From NCBI GenBank assembly GCA_976551045.1, contig CDPCPM010000017.1, positions 372,001 through 436,000 on the forward strand: a stretch of 64,000 bases of DNA. The letters run 5' to 3'. Source of the stretch: Glaucostegus cemiculus (taxonomy: Eukaryota). Shown one piece after another: positions 60,296 through 64,000 of this stretch; the stretch's first letter is position 1; each line of letters starts with the position of its first letter. Below the pieces are notes generated by a model. The model had not been told where the DNA came from. It saw nothing but the letters and a program-made list of their open reading frames with translations, and did not search any database. A program made the position numbers and the translations under genes.

Positions 60296-61139
60296 CAGTG
60301 GTAAGCATGAGCAGGAAATAGGTTGTGGGCTTATGAAGGCTGAAATGAAGGGGCTTGTAAGAAGCACATTTGAGAAATGAATCTTCAGATGATGAACAAC
60401 AGAATGGACCTGAGTTTCAACAGCAGAGGTAATGACAGAAAGGAGCAAGCAAGAATCGTTATGATGTATTCATGATTAACTGAATGTGGACTTAACAGTC
60501 AGCTCAGTGTTAAATAGAACAAGACCATCAACTTTAACCTCAAAGAGTGGCTGGAAGTGTTGATGGAGTCACAGGCAATGATTTGCTAACTGTTAAATTG
60601 AAACATATTTTCTTCATACCATCTATGTATACATCTGCATCTTCTCAATTCAGATTGCAGAGCCATCTGGTATGTTTGCAAATTCTCCTTTATTTATTAC
60701 TAAATAAATAAAGGAGACATTTGCAGTTTCTAGAATATTCAAATTCCACTATATTAAATAAAAGGTCAATTAAAAAGCAATATTTATTGACAATAGTATC
60801 AGCCAATGAGATGCAGATAGCACTTGGGATACAACTTACCGATTAGAGCAATAAGTTAATTTACTTAGAAAAGAGTGAAGAATCAGAGACATTGACATAA
60901 TAGCAGGCTAATTTCTCCAGAAAAATGCAGTGAATGGGGGATAGTTATGCGTAACAAAGGACTTCAAGTCAGTCTAGTTACATACAAGCTTGATGAATGG
61001 AGGAATTGCCAAATCATCTCCATTCTAGACAGCAGTCACATTGCCTGCCATTAAATGCCACCTTAAATAAAAAGACGAATATGACAAGTCAGGGTGAATA
61101 CATCCCTAAAATTACCTCAGAGCATCACTAAGTAAGTCA

Positions 61140-61490
61140 TATATAAAATTATGAGGCACAGATAAGATAGATAAGTCAGGATCTTCTTCTCATAATAGGG
61201 GTATCAAAAGCAAGAGGACATAGGTTTAAGGTGAGAGAAAGGAGTTTTAAAGGAGATTTGAGAGAAAAGTTATTTTTACACTCAGAGGGTGGTTGATATT
61301 TGAAACTCACTGCTAGAAGAAGTGGTGAAGTCAGATACAATCACTGTGCTTACAAGACATGTAGACTGGCACTTAAATAGGCAAGAAACAGAAGGGTACA
61401 GATCTAGTGAAGGCAAACAGGATCGATGTGGATGGGCAAAATGGTCAGCTTGGGCTGTAGAGCCCATTTTGTGCTGTACAACTCTATGCT
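61140..61490 (+). mobile_element. CR1 3' end
   Basis: tataaaattatgagg..agaggacataggtttaaggtgag..agagggtggttga. Confidence 0.8.
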
Positions 61491-63019
61491 ATCCAATGCC
61501 ACAAGTGACCTGCTATTTAATACAAGGGCATACAGCCGTGTTATCAAAAAAGAGCCTTCATGTTGAAGCCTGATCTCTGATGCACTGAACTTAGACTTTG
61601 AGATTCCACTCAATAAACCTGTAAATAACAGTAAACTTAAAACATTGTGGTTTACAGTTAGATGTGCCCAAAGAACCAACCTAGTGAAAACCACTGTTAA
61701 TTGACTTTTGTTAACTTTGATATCCTGAAAATTCTATGAGATAAAGGGATGTGCTAATAAACTGTATCTATCTCAGTCACTGTCATGGCTGTAGCTTTCC
61801 TTTGTATTACACTGAGATCCTTCTGTTGAAGACTGTCTTGGTAAATATCTTTTGGACCAAGTTACATAGAGCAGTCAAACACGGCAAATAAAGTCTCAGA
61901 CATAAAACAAGTGATCAGATTCTAATTCTCTAATGTTTATCTATTTAATAAGAGGAGTGCGGGCAACAAGGTTCATCAATACTAATGTGAACAGGCAAAC
62001 CACAGGTCCTGTGGTCTGATTTACCAATACCGCACTTGTGACATATTCTGAGTGTTGTGTGCAATTTCACATTCTGTTTATCCTAAAATATTTATAGACA
62101 AATGGATAATGGTTTAACTGCTGACCTTAGTCATTGCATGAATTCTATAGTACCCTACAGAATATATTGGGAAACAAATTTAAATGAAGGAATGAAGTGA
62201 ACAAAGAGAATTGTATACCCTTAAATAACAAACGTCAGAACCTCCCCAGAACATCATAGGAAATTCAAACAATATATTCAGACCTGATGCCATCCAGATG
62301 CAACCACTTCTAGTAATCGAACCTCATGCCTTCAAGATAAAAATAAATTTTAACTGAAGCAATGTACTTGTATACTTAAGATCAAGGTAACATAGTAAAT
62401 TATGAAAAGAAATCCAGGGAATCACCTCAATACCTTCCAGGAATACAAGTACAAATTTATGATAATTTGGATTCTTTTAATTCATCATCTGCAGTATTTC
62501 ATGAAGTATGTTTTTGTGCAGTTGCTGATTTGCAGTATTTTGATCACAATAAAGGCACACACTATCTAAAATCTATGCTTCTTTTATTTCTAGCTATCAG
62601 CAGCTGGAGCTGTTAATGAGAGAGTGTTGCAGCTTTGGCACTGATAGCCTACTTGCGTCATTAGCTCTACCTGTGATGGCTGATGCTGCATAGCTTACAG
62701 CTGAATTGCTGATGTCAATCAATTATTGTCAAATAAGGTTGGAGCTGTGCCATTTCCCTTCAATGGAGCATATGGCACCCATCAAGTACTTTTCATCTGC
62801 AAACTCCTGCAGTGTTTCAGCGTTACCTCTGGTCTGCTAACATACATCCATTATGCAAAATAATTCTAATGTAAGATTGTCCAGATTTCAGGTTGTACTA
62901 ATTCATGATCATTGATTAACAAAGGTTAAACACATATTTAAAAAGGCATGGTCACATCAATAAACTGAGCAAATAATGAGAAAAATTAATTTTCTGTTTG
63001 ATCTCAAATTAAAAATCAA

Positions 63020-63550
63020 ATTAGAAATTTGACCCCTTATGCCTGCACTGCCATTGGCTGATCCATTACCTCAGTGCTGCTTTCATGTGCTAACCACATA
63101 TTCCTTGTTTCTCTCAATATCTAAAATTCTATTGATCTCTGTTTTAAAAATAATTGACATCTGTGCCTCTACAGCTTACTGGAGTGGAGAATTCCAAAGA
63201 TTCATACCTTCTGGATGAAGAAATTTCTTCTCATCTTTGTCCTGATCTTGCGACCATGACCTTTGGTTCCAGGCACATCAGCCAAGGGAAACATCAGATC
63301 ATTGTCTGCTCTGTCAACCCCTGTGAAAACTTTGTATGTTGCAGTGAGATCACATTTCATTCTTCTAAACTCAAAAAAATATATTCTCAGACTGCTTAAT
63401 ATCTCTTCATTGGACAATTCTCCCATTCCCAGGAAACAACCAGGTGAACAACTGCTGCACTCCCACTATCACAAGTCCTTACACAGCGAGACCCAAACCA
63501 GTGCACAATATTCCAGCTGCAGTCTTATCAAGGCCCTATATAACTGTGCA
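63020..63550 (-). mobile_element. Old CR1 3' fragment
   Basis: ORF 63202-63426 EFRRMKCDLTATYKVFTGVDR..MRRNFFIQKV. Confidence 0.75.
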
Positions 63551-64000
63551 TCATTTATTGATAATGAAACAAGGTTGCAATTATTTGCATTATTTCCAGA
63601 TATGATTCACAGGAAAACCACGTATCTTTTTGGCATTTTGTTTTATCATTATTTACTTATTGTTAAATCTCTTCCTCAAATACTTCTCAAGCAAGTGTTG
63701 TGAGGACTAGAGTCATTTTTGGACCCCTCTATTGTCTCAAGCTCTAAACTGAAATGTGAAACCACAGATTAAACTGCAGCTGTCCCATTTTAGCATTCTG
63801 AAACTCTCAGAGCACAATGTAACTGCTTATTGAATTTGAACTAGTTTTACCCTGTGGATTTGATATTAACTCTGATGTACTGAGACTAACCCTAGCCTAA
63901 TTCTTCACAATTTAACAAGAAAGACTCACTTTGATGTATTCCTCAAATCTGTGGCAATCATCATCCCTTTTCCCCAAGCTCAATATTAATCCCAAATCTC

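Noticed and set aside
62594-62737. Strong + strand acceptor (cttcttttatttctag)
   Set aside because: All three frames close before a usable donor; kept only as a possible non-coding element.

Overview
Eukaryotic, AT-rich and repeat-dense genomic DNA. The repeat families (CR1 and Rex1/Babar LINEs, tRNA-derived V-SINEs, Deu-domain SacSINE1/AmnSINE1-like SINEs, Penelope, RTE, Tx1, Harbinger) point to a cartilaginous fish, probably a batoid; this is inference. The region is intronic/intergenic and has no intact long host CDS. Nearly all long ORFs in the track are pieces of retroelement ORF2 or antisense shadows. Main structures: (1) about ten dispersed Penelope 3' termini carrying a degenerate minimal hammerhead-ribozyme motif, including two head-to-head palindromes, a tandem insert with a ~20-bp target duplication, and two copies still attached to GIY-YIG remnants; (2) an 815-bp TG..CA solo LTR with a CATG TSD; (3) decayed Harbinger Myb/SANT and transposase remnants in convergent orientation; (4) a very young Rex1/Babar family in three copies; (5) two V-SINE families with different LINE-derived tails; (6) a 5'-truncated Tx1 LINE with a 13-bp TSD; (7) candidate + strand exons near 23.3-24.6 kb that may be the 3' end of an unidentified gene; (8) a compact RFX/CCAAT/25-bp-repeat regulatory cluster at ~35 kb. 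Repeat boundaries are approximate unless a TSD is given. Family calls come from recognition of motifs, not from database searches.
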